45,520 nucleotides of DNA, from positions 1-45,520 of the IMG/VR virus record IMGVR_UViG_3300037308_000023; one strand, 5' to 3'. Shown piece by piece: positions 45,136-45,520 of this stretch. Position numbers and translations under genes: made by a program. This DNA comes from a virus. Taxonomy: Duplodnaviria; Caudoviricetes. Under the pieces are notes generated by a model, which had not been told where the DNA came from, searched no databases, and saw only the letters and a program-made list of their open reading frames with translations. Position 1 is the first letter of the stretch, and the number at the start of each line of letters is the position of its first letter.

Positions 45136-45168
45136 AACCCTGGATGTTAATTCATCTAGGGTTTTTTT
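45136..45168 (+). terminator. Intrinsic terminator
   Basis: AACCCTGGATG/CATCTAGGGTT stem with a T7 tail. Confidence 0.85.
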
Positions 45169-45222
45169 ATTTGTATTAGTTTATAGTTAGTACTATATAT
45201 TATAATCTTGGAATATAACATA

Positions 45223-45245
45223 GTTAGTTAAAAAATTTAATACAC
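45223..45245. repeat. Dispersed 23-bp palindrome, copy 23
   Basis: GTTAG TTAAA AAA TTTAA TACAC. Confidence 0.9.
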
Positions 45246-45259
45246 TTTTCGATAAATTA

Positions 45260-45282
45260 GTGGATTAAATTATTTAATACAC
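45260..45282. repeat. Dispersed 23-bp palindrome, copy 24
   Basis: GTGGA TTAAA TTA TTTAA TACAC; 37 bp centre-to-centre from copy 23. Confidence 0.9.
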
Positions 45283-45424
45283 TTATACCTATTTCATAGT
45301 ACAAACTTTCAACTACATACTATTATCTGGAAAGATAACACAATTACCTTACCTCATTTTCATCAAATTTTACATTGCCATCTTCCCATAGTTCTGATAT
45401 CCAGACAAATAAATTGTTAATGTC

Positions 45425-45456
45425 GTTATGATTGTTATGATTGTTATGGTTGTTAT
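45425..45456. repeat. Short 9-bp tandem repeat
   Basis: GTTATGATT GTTATGATT GTTATGGTT GTTAT. Confidence 0.7.
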
Positions 45457-45512
45457 TCTTTATTGTTAATTGCCTACCCCTAAAAAAAAAAAAAAAAAAA
45501 ACAAAAAAAAAA
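45450..45512. repeat. Inverted-repeat arm (45450-45480) followed by an A20-C-A10 tract
   Basis: Complementary to 87-117; A runs read directly. Confidence 0.8.
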
Positions 45513-45520
45513 CGAAGTGG

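Noticed and set aside
164-45282. 23-bp palindromes as a CRISPR array, integron attC sites or terminators
   Set aside because: They are dispersed kilobases apart with no spacers. No integrase or GTTRRRY/RYYYAAC architecture was seen, and the all-AT stems are too weak for intrinsic terminators.

Overview
The window looks like an essentially complete ~45.5 kb genome of a tailed bacterial dsDNA phage with podovirus-like genes. No integrase, RNA polymerase, tRNA or CRISPR array was recognised. It has two convergent arms. The + strand (44.7 kb, across the contig ends, to 16.8 kb) carries early, replication and repair genes: pyrimidine-dimer glycosylase, ATP-dependent ligase, HIRAN, PD-(D/E)XK nuclease, AAA_24 ATPase, SSB-like protein, dCMP deaminase, ParB-methyltransferase fusion, UDG-fused PolA, MazG-like NTP-PPase and DUF3987 helicase. 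The - strand (44.3 to 16.8 kb) carries packaging and virion genes: TerS, TerL, portal, scaffold, SU10-type major capsid, adaptor, tail and ejection proteins. Three things stand out. (1) A candidate phage-encoded glycosylation system: a UDP-sulfoquinovose synthase (SqdB-like), an epimerase/methyltransferase/GT2 cassette between TerS and TerL, and mucin-like Pro-Thr-Thr tags on several virion-module proteins. (2) 24 copies of a 23-bp palindrome, GWNNN-TTAAA-WWW-TTTAA-NNNWC, spread across the genome and mostly registered to stop codons. (3) A 31-bp imperfect inverted repeat split across the two contig ends that would enclose a long poly(dA) tract. All protein calls come from reading motifs by eye; no searches were run.
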